Assembly (NCBI RefSeq): GCF_009914755.1
Contig: NC_060926.1
Length of the DNA: 64,000 nucleotides
DNA from: the human T2T-CHM13v2.0 reference genome, Homo sapiens
Reading direction: 5' to 3' (one strand)
The notes under the pieces were generated by a model. That model did not search any database and was not told the DNA's origin. It saw only the letters and a list, made by a program, of their open reading frames with translations. Position 1 is the stretch's first letter; every line of letters begins with the position of its first letter. The translations under genes and the position numbers were made by a program. Shown one piece after another: positions 51,393-64,000 of the stretch.

Positions 51393-51775
51393 ATCTGACT
51401 TATGGTGGTTCAATTTAGGAATTTTCAGCTTTACAATGATGCTAAAGCAATATGCATTCAGTAGAAACTGTACTTTGAATTTTGATCTTTCCTGGGCTAG
51501 CCATACGTCCTACCATACCCATGGCAGGAAGCTGAAGCTCCGGGTCAGCCGCACCAGGCGGAGGGTAAGCGACTCACTCTGCAGGCCACTGTGTCCCCAG
51601 GTGAGTTTGCCCAGCTGCAGGCTGATGTTAGTGTTCTGAACACGTTTATGGAAAGCCAGGCTAAGCTATGATGTTTGGTAGGTTATGTGTATTCAATGCA
51701 TTTTTGACTTGCGATATTTTCAACTTATGATGTGTTTATTGGGATGCAGCTTCATCGTAAGTCCAGGAGCATCTG
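51393..51775 (-). mobile_element. MER47B/Tigger5-family DNA transposon
   Basis: Ends CATCGTAAGTCCAGGAGCATCTG; termini homologous to the MER47 copy at 636. Confidence 0.75.
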
Positions 51776-51954
51776 TATGCAAAATGGATGCTTTATAGTT
51801 AACAATAATATCTCCTATAGCTTCAAATAGCCAGAAATAGAATACTGAATGTTTCCAACATGAAAAAATGATAAATGTTTGAGATGATAAGCTAATTACC
51901 CTGATCTAATCACTATATATGTATGGAAACATCATTATGTACCCCATAAATTTA

Positions 51955-52296
<342 letters not shown>

Positions 52297-52900
52297 TTAA
52301 AATTGAAAGCTGGGGCAACATAAAATGATATGAATTCACTGCGATTACATCTGTGTCCCTAATGGGGAGTCCTGGCTGTGGGTCTGATGGGGGACACCCC
52401 TGGAAGGATGAGGATCAACCGCCTGGGGAGTAGGGAGGGAGGTATGCTTAAGTCATGGAAGCTGTTGGCAGATGCAGAATCCGTGACGTGATACGAGACT
52501 CACTGAAGGAACACGCCAGAAACACACATGTCAGGCCCAGAGGCGAAGGAAAAGCAAAGCGGATGTGCAGACACTGGGCTGACAAGGAGAGAGGTGAAAG
52601 CCAGGAGGGCCCAGGTGAGCCTCCTGGAGGGAGGAGTGGCCAAGCCAGAGGCAGGAAAGATGTCCCATGGGGAGAGAAAATCTTTCCACCAAATTTAAAG
52701 GAGTCAGAAAGGGGCTGCTGATTTAGGCTGCAAGGTTCAGCGTAAACGAAGGTGCAATTTCAGTGTTGTCAGAAACACTCTGAGGTGTGGGGTGGCAGCC
52801 ACTTCCAACTTAGCCAGAGGCCCACCCAGAAGCTGAGGTTGGGGGTCACCACACAGGGCAGAGGCCACTTCAAGAGAGGGGCAGGGGGAGGGGGGCAGAG

Positions 52901-53157
52901 ACTGGGCATTGTTCTGAGATTTCAGTCACGGCCCACAGCCAAACGTAACATGCATTTCAACTGAGCGCTCAAGCACTCTGAGGAATTAGGAGAGTGGATG
53001 AGAGATTTAAAAATCCATGCTTGTGAGAGAATTCACATTTGTACAAAATTCACGTGCGGCTCTGAAACGTGTTTTTGCCAAACATCGTGCCCTGGATGTG
53101 TTCCCAGGTGTTTCTTCACGTTCCTAAAGGCCGTGTGACGTCCCCCATACCTGGAAC
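52901..53157 (+). repeat. Inverted repeat arm 1 (pairs with 54444-54700)
   Basis: ACTGGGCATTGTTCTGAG...CCCATACCTGGAAC is the diverged reverse complement of 54444-54700. Confidence 0.9.
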
Positions 53158-54443
53158 AGAAAGGAAGTGGCCGTAGCCAGGCTCTGAATGTGCTGAGTGG
53201 GAAAGAAAGGTGCTGGGGGAGGAGGACCTGGACTTCACACTTAACAAGAAGGCTGGGATGTGGCCCACACCTCTCTCCTTGCCAGGCCATGCTGTGTGAG
53301 GGCAACGGTCTCCCAGGTGGGTAGATGATTAGGCCAAAGACAGAGGCTCGTCTGCTAGAGTTCAGATTCTCCCTTGGGGTCCCAGGGGCCTAGAGGAGGA
53401 GGGGAGGTGAAGCTGTTGTCTCTCTCCGCCTGTCCAGTCTGTCCTGTGGCATTTGAGTGGCAGCAGTGATGCTGTGACCTGGGTGCTGGGAATAGAATTC
53501 TGCCAGCCACCCCTGCTCTGGGCCTAGGCTGGAGGCCTCTGTGCCACCCAGTGGGCTTCTCCCACTTTGGGGGAGTCAGAGAAGCACCCCCTTCCAGGGG
53601 GCTCCCTCACGGAGAACACGGGGCGGGGGCGGTGAGCGGCTCGGGCTGTCTTTGTGCTTCACCTTCCTGGCCAGGTACTTTGCTTTCTCCCTGGGAGTGG
53701 GTTCCAGAAGGGAATCCCCAGGTTCCATGGGCCCTCAAAGAGGGGTGGGGTAGACTGCTGACTCTCCCCCAGGGGACCCCCAGTCACACAGTGGGCCCAC
53801 CCATCTTGGCCATGAAGCCTGGTGGATCAAGAGAAGTGGGGGAGCTGAGGACAACATTGGGGGCTACAGGAGAAGGTCCTTTTGGGGAAAGTGACTCTGA
53901 CAGCAGGTGTCAGAGCCCCTGGGGGTGTCCCTGGGATGCTCTGGCAGCTTTGCATCATCAAGGAGGATGCCCCCAACAAGGAGGTCTCACCGCCCCCTGG
54001 GTTGTCAGGTGAGCTCCTGGGGCAGAGGTGGCCCTGGGTCGTCCGACCATCCTGGTGTGGGCTCAGTCTGGACCCCTGGGGGTCTCTCCCACCCCGAGAC
54101 TTTTATCCACCTCCCCACCAACTCACTCTGTACAGGCAAGCACTCCCCTCGCTGGGCCTGTTTCTCCTCTGTCCAATGGTGAGTGGGATTCTCCTTCAGC
54201 TTGTAAGTGGGAACTGTCCCCAAACCAGGGACACCCTGGGGGCTCCTCTGGAACTGGAAAGGCCGGAAGAGAAACTGGCTTTCTCTTCTGAGCCAAAGGA
54301 CAATGTTCCTCCAGCAGCTGGGAGTCCACACCCCAGGCAGGCCTCGCCTTCCCACTTGTGATGCGGGGTCCCACCTCTGCAGCTTCGGGTGTCTGAGTCT
54401 GAGGCAGTGCTGAGGATGAGGTCACTCTGGAGGGTGGCCCGGG

Positions 54444-54700
54444 GTTCCAGGTATGGGTGCATTACCAGGCCTTTAGGAATGTGAAGGATCGCCTGGGAAC
54501 ATGCCCAGGACGCGACGTTCAGTGAAAAGTCATGTTTCAGAGCCACACACGAATCACATTTCCTTATCTCTGCACAGTGACCGTGGATTTTTAAATCTTT
54601 CATCCGCTCCCCTAATTCCCCAGAGTGCCGGGGCGCTCGGTTGAAATGCGAGTTGCGTTTCGCTGCAGGCCGTGACTGAAGCCTCAGAACAATGCCCAGT
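54444..54700 (-). repeat. Inverted repeat arm 2 (pairs with 52901-53157)
   Basis: GTTCCAGGTATGGG...CTCAGAACAATGCCCAGT. Confidence 0.9.
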
Positions 54701-54819
54701 GTTTCAAAACAACATATTTGTGCAAAAAGAAGGCCTCCAGATCTCAGGAAGCGGGAAACAGCTGAAGAAAAAGAACGCCTGCGAAGGGAAAGGACAGGTG
54801 TCCCTGTGGGAGGACAGGG

Positions 54820-56200
54820 CCTGCCGTCCGTCGCTCGGCTGCAGGTGGGGCCCGGCCGCCCCAGATGAGCCCCGCTCCGCGCCCGCCCTGCTTGCACCCA
54901 GCCGGCAAGTCCACCGCTCGCTCGCGACGCCAAGGAAAGCAGCAGCCCCGGCGCCCACGGAGGACGACACCGGCCGCGGCCAGGGGCGGGGCGCGGCCAT
55001 GAAAGGCGGGGCCAGGCGAGGGGCGGGGCCGAGGCGGGTGTGGTCGTGTGGGGCGGGGCCGCGGCGGGGGCGGGGCCTGTCACCAGGGGCGGGGTGAGAA
55101 GGGGCGTGGTCATGAGAGGACCGAAGAGAGGGGTGGGGCTGCCTCCGAGGCGAGGACCGTGCGGGGCCACGCGTGGGGGCGTGGTTGTTGGGGCGTGGCC
55201 GCTGGGAGGGGCGGGGCTTCTCTGCGCACAGGTGCGAAGCTCCCGGCTTCAAGAGCGCAGTAGCGGCCCCACAGGGCAGAAGTGCCCTTGTTGGAGACGG
55301 GTGCCTGGGGCAGGTGGGGGTACCCGAGGGTTTCCAGCCACAAGGAGGGGTGTGGACGATTGGGGGATTGGGGCCGGTGCGTGGTCCGCGCAGCCCTCCG
55401 TTCCCCAACAGCAGATCCCTGTCCCTCGGCCCCGTCCAGCATCTCGCTCTCCAGCCCCACTCTCTCCATCGGCAGAACCTTCAGAATGTGCCGCGGAAGG
55501 GAAGGGGCGCGGCCGGAGGGACCCCTGCCCCGCGATTCCGGCGCCACCTGACCTGCCGGGCACCGGGCACCGTCGTCCCCCGGCTCCAGGAGGGTCCTGT
55601 CCTCCTGCTTCATCGGCCCCAAGATTCCTCGGGTCACGACTCTGACCCCCGCTCCCAGGGCGCCAGGCGCGGACAGCGGGGAAGCGGCACCAGGGAAGCC
55701 CAGGGACGCAGGCTTCCGCTAGGCTGAGACGCGCTGACCAGCTGGGGCCCCGCTGGCCGGAGCCTCCGTTTCCCCCTCTGCAGAGCAGGCTTGGCCGAGG
55801 AGTAAGCGCGGCCGCTGCGGAGGGTTTGGCAGCGGGGACAGGGCTGCGCCCGGTGTGTGCGCGGACACCTGCCGCCCGTCCTCAGCGCCCGGTAGCCTCA
55901 GGCCCCAGCTCCGACCAGTGCGCCCTGACCTGTCCTGCCCTGCACGGGACGTCCGCCCCAACCCCACCCAACCCAACCCCCGAAGCTGTGTAACCCAGGG
56001 ACAAGAGTCTGCCCCAAGGGGACGCCCAGCTCTGTCCAGTGTGCCCACCACTGTCTCCGGCGCCTGGCCAGCTGGGCGTAGAGTGGGCATCCCGTTCAGG
56101 GGCGAGATGGGTGAAGGACACAGGGAAGGCGCGTGCGGTGTGGCAGCCTGGGCCTCCCGGCCTCGCCAGACTATGGGAGACGGCTGCTGGGACGGACGGG
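54820..56200. promoter_or_regulatory. Orphan CpG island with dense GC-box cluster
   Basis: High CpG density; repeated GGGGCGGGG(C) and GGGGCGTGG Sp/KLF motifs in 54983-55217; GCGGCCAT YY1-like site. Confidence 0.85.
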
Positions 56201-56458
56201 AGTCAAGCTCTTCAGTGCCAGGACTGGACACTGTGTCTGCCACTCTGGGGCACTCAGCGTTTCCAAGTGGATGGCAACAGCGTCCCTCAGTGTCCTTCAC
56301 AAAACCCTCCTGAGCCGGGACTCACCCTGTGCCCGCCTGGACTTGGGCCAAGCAGCCTGGCCCACATATCCCAAGAGGTTGCAGTGCTGGGCAGCACCCC
56401 AGGGATTCGGTCACTTCTCTGTCCTCACCAGAGGCAGCTCTTCATCTGATGAAGATGA

Positions 56459-56741
56459 TTTTTTTTTTCTATTTTTGGAGACAGTCTTGCTTTGTCGCCC
56501 AGGCTGGTGTGCAGTGGTGTGTCCTCAGCTCACTGCAACCTCCGCTTTCCAGGTTAAGAAATCCTCCTGCCTCAGCCTCCCGAGTAGCTGGGACTACAGG
56601 CATGCACCACCACGCCTGGCTAATTTTTCTGGTATTTTTAGCAGAGACAGGGTTTCACCCTGTTGGCCAGGCTGGTCTCGAACTCCTGACCTCGGCCTCC
56701 CAAAGTGCCGGGGTTACAGGCGTGAGCCACCACACCCAGCC
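56459..56741 (-). mobile_element. AluS element (left-arm deletion)
   Basis: Reverse Alu with TGACCTC|GGCCTCC junction. Confidence 0.9.
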
Positions 56742-57369
56742 CTGAAGCTGAATTTAAGTTTTGGGAACATTCAAACCCGTTTTGGTGATGCCCAGGTGCC
56801 TTCGGGTGCCTCCTAACTGGCTGCCCAGCCTCTGGCTCCCGCCCAGCCTCCTGGAGGCAGCCAACACCAACCCTGGTCACTAACTGGACTGCATCAGACC
56901 CCAGACCAAACACTGGCTTTACCTTCTGAGCCTAGACTCCTTGGCCCTCTCTGGCATGCAGACCCTGGCTGTGGGCTTGCGCAGGATGGCACTCTCCTTT
57001 GTAACTTGTTCCAAATGCAGAGCTTTAAAAACGCCCCTTCCCACTGAGCCAGCGGCTCCACTTTTGAGTGTTAGTGCTGAGAAAATGTCAGAGATGCACA
57101 ATGATGTAGCTCAAATGTCACTGGGCTGTTTCAACTTAAATACGCAATGACATGAACAATTTATATAAGACATCCATCCCATGGAGTATGGCGCAGCCAT
57201 CAAACTATTGTGCATAAAACATGGTAATGGCTTAGCAAGGTGCTCACAAGCTACAATGTAAGTGGGGAAAACAGACAGAAAAAGTGCTCCTATTAGGTCC
57301 CAACTTCCCCCTTCCCCTTCTCCCTCTTTCTTTCTCTCTTCCCTCCTGTAGTTGCATAAAAATATTTCA

Positions 57370-57681
<312 letters not shown>

Positions 57682-57891
57682 TCAAATATTTATAATGGTT
57701 GCCTGTGAACCAGATTATGAGTCTTATGCAAATTCTTTATATTATTCTATATTTTCCAACTTGTATAAAATGAACATATTATTTTCATGAATAGGTTGCC
57801 TCCTGGGGACCCAGAAGACCAGCTTCCAATGTGTTCCCCAGCAGCCGTTCCCTCCACCAGGGAGGCTGAGTCACTGACACAGCAGGGAGTA

Positions 57892-58428
57892 CAGCAATCC
57901 CCCTTATCAGTGGTTTCACTTTTTCATGGTTTCAGTTACCCACAGTCGACCATGGTTCAAAAATATCAGTACAATAAGTTCAGTAAGTTTGTTTTTTGTT
58001 TGTTTGTTTTTAGAAACAGGATCTCACTCTGTTGCCCAGGCTGGTGTGCAATGGCACAATCTTTGGCTCACTGCAGCCCCCACCTCCTAGGCTTAAGTGA
58101 TCCTCCCTTCTCACACTCCTGAGTAGCTGGGACTACAGGCACACGCCACCATGGCCAGCTAATTTTACAGTAAGATATTTTGAGAGAGAAGAGAGACCAT
58201 ATTCACAAAACTTTTATTACATTATATTGTCATCATTGTCCTATTTTACTATTAGTTATTGTTGTTAATCTCTCACTGTGCCTAATTTATAAATTAGACT
58301 GTATCATAGATATAGATATATACATATAGGAAAGAACACATTATATGTAGGATTCAGTACTCTCCGCGATTTCAGGCATCCACTGGGGGTCATGGAATTT
58401 GTCCGCTGTGGATAAGGGGACTTATGTG
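57892..58428 (+). mobile_element. MER44A (Tigger7) DNA transposon interrupted by an Alu monomer (~57988-58166)
   Basis: CAGCAATCCCCCTTATC...GGATAAGGGGACT terminal inverted repeats; GGCATCCACTGGGGGTC motif; CAGTAAG duplication around the Alu. Confidence 0.8.
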
Positions 58429-58484
58429 TAAAGGAATCTCCAACATAAAGGTGAGTTCACAATCAGAACTGCCAAGCATACGAG

Positions 58485-59006
58485 CTTCCTACTGCAGCTG
58501 GAACAGATCACCACAAATGTGGTGGCTTCAACAGCACAATTTACTCTCCCACAGTTCTGGGGTGCAGAAATCCAAAATAGGCCTCAGTGGGTTAGAATCA
58601 AGGAGTCGGCAGCGCTGGTTCCTCTGGAGGCCCTAGGAGAGAATTGGTTTCCTTGTCTTTTTCAGCTTCCAGAAGCCACCTGCATCCCTCGGCTCATGGC
58701 CCCCTCTCCACCTACAAAGCCAGCAGCAGAGCCTCTCTCCGGCCTGCTCCCACTGCGGCGTATCTCTCTGACCCTCTTGCTTCCGTTTTCATTTTTTCCT
58801 TTTTTAATGTATTCCCATCGTTAAGCACTTGCTTCCATATTATAAGGAGTCTGTGATGACATTAGGACCACCTAGATAATCCGAGATAATCTCCCATCTC
58901 CAGAGCCTCAACTTACTCATATCATCAGTGTCCCTTTTGGTCCCATATTCACAGGTGCCAGGGATCAGGACCAGGACATCTTTGGGGGCCGTTATTCAGC
59001 TACCAC
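58485..59006. mobile_element. MLT1 (MaLR) LTR
   Basis: GGTGGCTTCAACAGCACAATTTACTCTCCCACAGTTCTGG..TCTTTGGGGGCCGTTATTCAGCTACCACA. Confidence 0.8.
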
Positions 59007-59443
59007 ACCAAGCATGGAAGACAGCCAAGACAGAAAGGAAACGGCAGCGCAACCGAGGGAAGGAGTCACCCCACTCCCGCCCCTGGGAAACATAACTGAG
59101 AAAGCAATTAGGAGACTCCGGAATGTGTGTAGACATCTCGGCGAGAGCCAGGAGAATGCTGTGTGTGCAGAGAGGGATCAGCTGGAGAAAGAAAAGGAAC
59201 AGTACAAACATGAATTCAAATAAAACGCCACCGTGAAGGGACTGAGTAGCAAAATGGATGAAGATGAAAACATTGACAGGATGAAGACTGAGCCCAGGAA
59301 GGCGACTCCGCAGATTGTGGACCTAGAAATAAATTGTCAAGGAAAAGCTGAGAAACACGGAGGTGAGATCCACAAGTCGTCGTCGTAGCCATCCAGCAGG
59401 CTTTCCAGAAGGAGGACAGAGAGGGAGGAGGGCAGAGAGGAGG

Positions 59444-60357
59444 CACCACCCACACACGGACACACAGGCGCACACAGATGCACACTCACACACCACACAC
59501 ACACCACACACATACACACCGCAGACACACAGATGCACACACACACCACAGACACACATCGCACAGACACATACATACAGATGCACACAGATGCACACTC
59601 ACACCCTACACATACACACATACCACAGACACCCTCCCCACATACCACAGACCCACAGATGCACACACACACCACAGATACACACATCACACACACATAC
59701 CACACACACAGATGCGCACAGATGCCTACTCACACACCACCCATACACACACACACACCAGACACACACCCCCACAGACCCACAGATGCACACACACACA
59801 TACCACACACACAGATGCACACACCACACAGATGCATACTCACACACCACCCATATACACACATACATACCACACAACCCCCCCCACATACACACCACAC
59901 GTACACACAGATGAACACACAGACACATGCATCACACAGAAAGACACAGATACACAAGCACACACACAGAGAGACACATACCACACATACAGATGAACAC
60001 ACACATACAGATACACAAGCAAACACCACACATACAGATGAACAGAGATACACAAGCATACACACACAGAGAGACACATACCACACAAACGGATGAACAC
60101 ACACACAGATACACAAGCACACACACAGAGATACACACCACACGTACACACAGATGAACACACACACAGATACACAAGCACACACACAGACACATACCAC
60201 ACATACACAGAAAACCCAGACATACACAAATACCAGAGACCACCCACCTACACACGCACACCACACGTACACAGAAAACACACATACCACACATACCCAC
60301 ACAGAAAACACAGACACACCACATAGACACACACAGACACAGACACAGACACACACA
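59444..60357. repeat. ~0.9-kb CA-rich cryptic simple repeat (CACACAGAT/CATACCACA units)
   Basis: C/A-dominated with recurring CAGATG(C/A)ACAC and AGATACACAAGCA motifs. Confidence 0.95.
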
Positions 60358-60480
60358 GGAAAAATTTCCCCAAATTGAAGAGAAATGTAAGTTTTCAGGT
60401 GAAAAGGGGAAAACAAAATGTTGACCTGACACATGATAGTTAGTTTTGAAAACTTTAATGATAAAGACAAATCTTAAAAC

Positions 60481-60915
60481 CTGAGAGGGGAATTGTGTCC
60501 CCACAAAAAATATGTTCAAGTCCCGCCCCCAGCAGCTGGGAGTGTGGCTTGACTTGGAAATAGTCTTTGCAGATGTGATGAGGTTAATACGAGGTCACCC
60601 TGGATTAGGATGGGTCCCATGACCAGTGACTGTTGTCCTTAGACAGAGCGGGAGATTTGGACACAGAGACACCAGGAGGAGGCCACATGGTGGGAGAGGC
60701 GGACGTTGGAGCCATGCAGCAATGAGCCGGGGACCGCCGGGGACCGCTGGCAGGTGCCCAAGCGAGGAGACGGGCATGCGGCTGGCCCTGCCCTGGAGGC
60801 TTCAGAAGAGCACGTCCTGCCAGCACCCCGACTTCTGGACTTCCAGCCTCAGGAACTGTGAGAGAGTAAGTGTGTGTTGTCCTAAGCCGCCAGGTTCGTG
60901 TCAGGAAACTAATGC
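60481..60915 (+). mobile_element. MLT1 (MaLR) LTR
   Basis: GAATTGTGTCCCCACAAAAAATATGTTCAAGTCC..TTGGAAATAGTCTTTGCAGATG..GGACTTCCAGCCTCAGGAACTGTGAGA. Confidence 0.85.
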
Positions 60916-61413
60916 GGGAGGGAGGGAGGAGGAGGAGGGGGAGAGGAAGGCTATGAGGTAAAGAAGGAACACAAATCAGATTGACACGTACAACTGGAGT
61001 ATAAAGACCAATGGGTGACAGCTTCAGATCTATCCGCAGTCATCATCTTTCAAGCATGAGAGGAATTCCAGGCATTTGCAAACCCACCCGGACTCAGGGA
61101 GTTTGCCCCCACAAGCCTGCTTAAGGGAAGGAATGACGGGACAACACTGTCCACGAGAAAACAAAAGGCCCTGGAATGAAGCCACACAGCAGGCAGAGGC
61201 CAGCAAAGCATGCACTGGAGTCCACAGGCGCTGATCGTAAACCAAAGAGCGCAGGGCAGCCACGATCCCTGTTATCTGTGTCTCCTTAGCCCTCTCTCCC
61301 TCCCAAACCCTCCTACAATAACAGGAAAGGAATTTTAAAAACTTCCCTCTAAAGGAGAAAAGCCCACAAGAAAAAGAAAAAAAGCTGGGGAGGAGACAAC
61401 AGTAGATGAGAGA

Positions 61414-61691
61414 TTTTTTTTTTTTTTTTTTGGTGGGAGATCGAGTCTCTCTCTGTTGCCCAGGCCGGGCAAACCTTTGCCTCCTGGGTTCAAGTGATTC
61501 TCCTGCCTAAGCCTCCTGAGTAGCTGGGATGACAGGTGTGTGCCACCATGCCCAGCTAATTTTTGTATTTTTAGTAGAGATGGGATTTCACCACGTTGCC
61601 CAGGCTGGCCTCGAACTCCTGACCTCAAGTGGTCCACCCACATCGGCCTCCCAAAGTGTTGGGATTACAGGTGTGAGCCACCGCACTTGGC
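61414..61691 (-). mobile_element. Alu element with right-arm deletion
   Basis: TSD AGATGAGAGATTTT. Confidence 0.9.
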
Positions 61692-62773
61692 AAGATGAGA
61701 GATTTTGATGTCCCCCACATTTTAGCCCAAAGCTGAGGAGGGTGACTGACTTAGCAGGTGTAGCTGTCAGCCTCGGTGGAGCTCTGCTGTGGTAACAAAC
61801 AGCCCTGGAATCCCAGTGGCTCCGGCAGCCCAGGCTGCTTCCTCACGCAGGCACACGCCTATCCCAGATGCTCTGCTGCTGTCTCACACCCCATCCTCCT
61901 CCCACTTTACCCCAGAAGCCAGCAGCCCTCCCTGAGACAGAGCCGTCCTGTGCCGGAAAGGGGCACAGCTCCTCAAACGTCTGCTGGGAGGGATTGTCAT
62001 CACCTGCCCATGCCGCACTGGCTGAGGCACATCAGGAGGCCCAGCCCCAGGCCCACCTGCAGGACACTGTCCTCCTCCCACAGGCGTGGATGACGAGCAC
62101 TGTGACCACAGCATGGATGAATGGCGGGGCTGGGGCTGGGAGCCCAGGTTGCTATGGGGGACCCACACCCCTTCCCTGCCTCCCACAGCCAGGCCCGATG
62201 GCCCTTCCAAAGCTGACAAAACAAGGTCTTCTCTGGAGAAACTGGATCTAAGGGGTTACAGCTGAGGGACACGGGATGGCTAAGGTCTGGGGAGAAGGTG
62301 GAGGAGGGGCTGCCTCCTGACTTGTGGCCCCTGGAACCCTTCCTGCACTCGGCTCAGGCTGCCATTAGCTAGACAGGGACCCCCAACCCCAAGCAGGAGA
62401 CCTCAGGGGCCTTCCTGGGAGATGCTGAACTGCCTGGGGAAAAGACCTCCTTTTGGGGTCCCCGAGAAAGAAGCAGGCCAGCCCCCAGGCTCTACCTGGA
62501 CACCCCACAAGGAGTTGCTAGTCTTGCTCCTCCTATGGAAAGGCAGGCCTTCCCCCCAAAAAGGAAGGACCAAAGCACACAGAGGAGTACCTGGGGGAAA
62601 CTGAGGCACAGCAAGGAGCAGTGAAAATGCCACCTACCAAAAAGGTCCCTAACATGACAATCCTCAGAGAGATAAGAGATGACACCTTGGACCCACAGCC
62701 AAGCCAATCTGGGGAAGAAAAAAAGGTAAATGCTTTCTCACATTCACAAAAATGGTTCTGAAAACCACTTCAA

Positions 62774-63425
<652 letters not shown>

Positions 63426-63727
63426 TCAGGCCGAGGCTGCGGAGGATGGGTACATTTGACTCTGACAAAATGCGCAATCTCTGCACAGGAAGAGAAAGAG
63501 TTTGCAGTGAAAGTCTGGTGAGAAATATCTGTAGCATTTATAACCAACAAAAAAAAAATTCCCAGAGAAATGGGCAAATTCTCTACCTAGAGATCCCAAG
63601 AGTCCAATGAGCAACAGGGGGATGAAACACGCTTGGCCTTACAGGTGGCCTGGGATGTGCACAGTACAGCCACCTGGTGTCACCATTCATCTGCCGGATC
63701 AGCAATACTTACAGATTTTGTAATATC

Positions 63728-64000
<273 letters not shown>

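Noticed and set aside
54196-55727. 324-aa, 234-aa and other ORFs across the orphan island
   Set aside because: Compositional ORFs with no recognisable family; overlapping ORFs in all frames
59323-60519. Multiple 100-246 aa ORFs
   Set aside because: Same artefact in the second CA-rich array

Overview
Primate, almost certainly human, genomic DNA. It is GC-rich and Alu-dense, and matches the 2q37.3 neighbourhood FARP2 - STK25 - (BOK-AS1/BOK side). The left third holds the last six coding exons and 3' UTR of FARP2 (+ strand). Tail-to-tail with it is the complete STK25 kinase gene (- strand): 11 coding exons summing to 1281 nt (426 aa + stop) with a CpG-island promoter at ~21-22.5 kb. The remaining ~41 kb has no convincing protein-coding exon. 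It is a mosaic of Alus, L1 fragments, MaLR/ERV LTRs, DNA transposons (MER47, MER44, piggyBac MER75), two long CA-rich simple-sequence blocks and a second, orphan CpG island (~54.8-56.2 kb). I do not see a novel multi-gene system. The best leads are: a 21-nt in-frame candidate neural microexon in FARP2 PH1; a distal STK25 poly(A) signal giving antisense overlap with three FARP2 coding exons; a strong-Kozak exon-spanning uORF in STK25; a 257-bp non-Alu inverted duplication with asymmetric CpG decay beside the orphan island; and several templated or nested insertions. Repeat family names come from recalled consensus sequences, and repeat boundaries are approximate.
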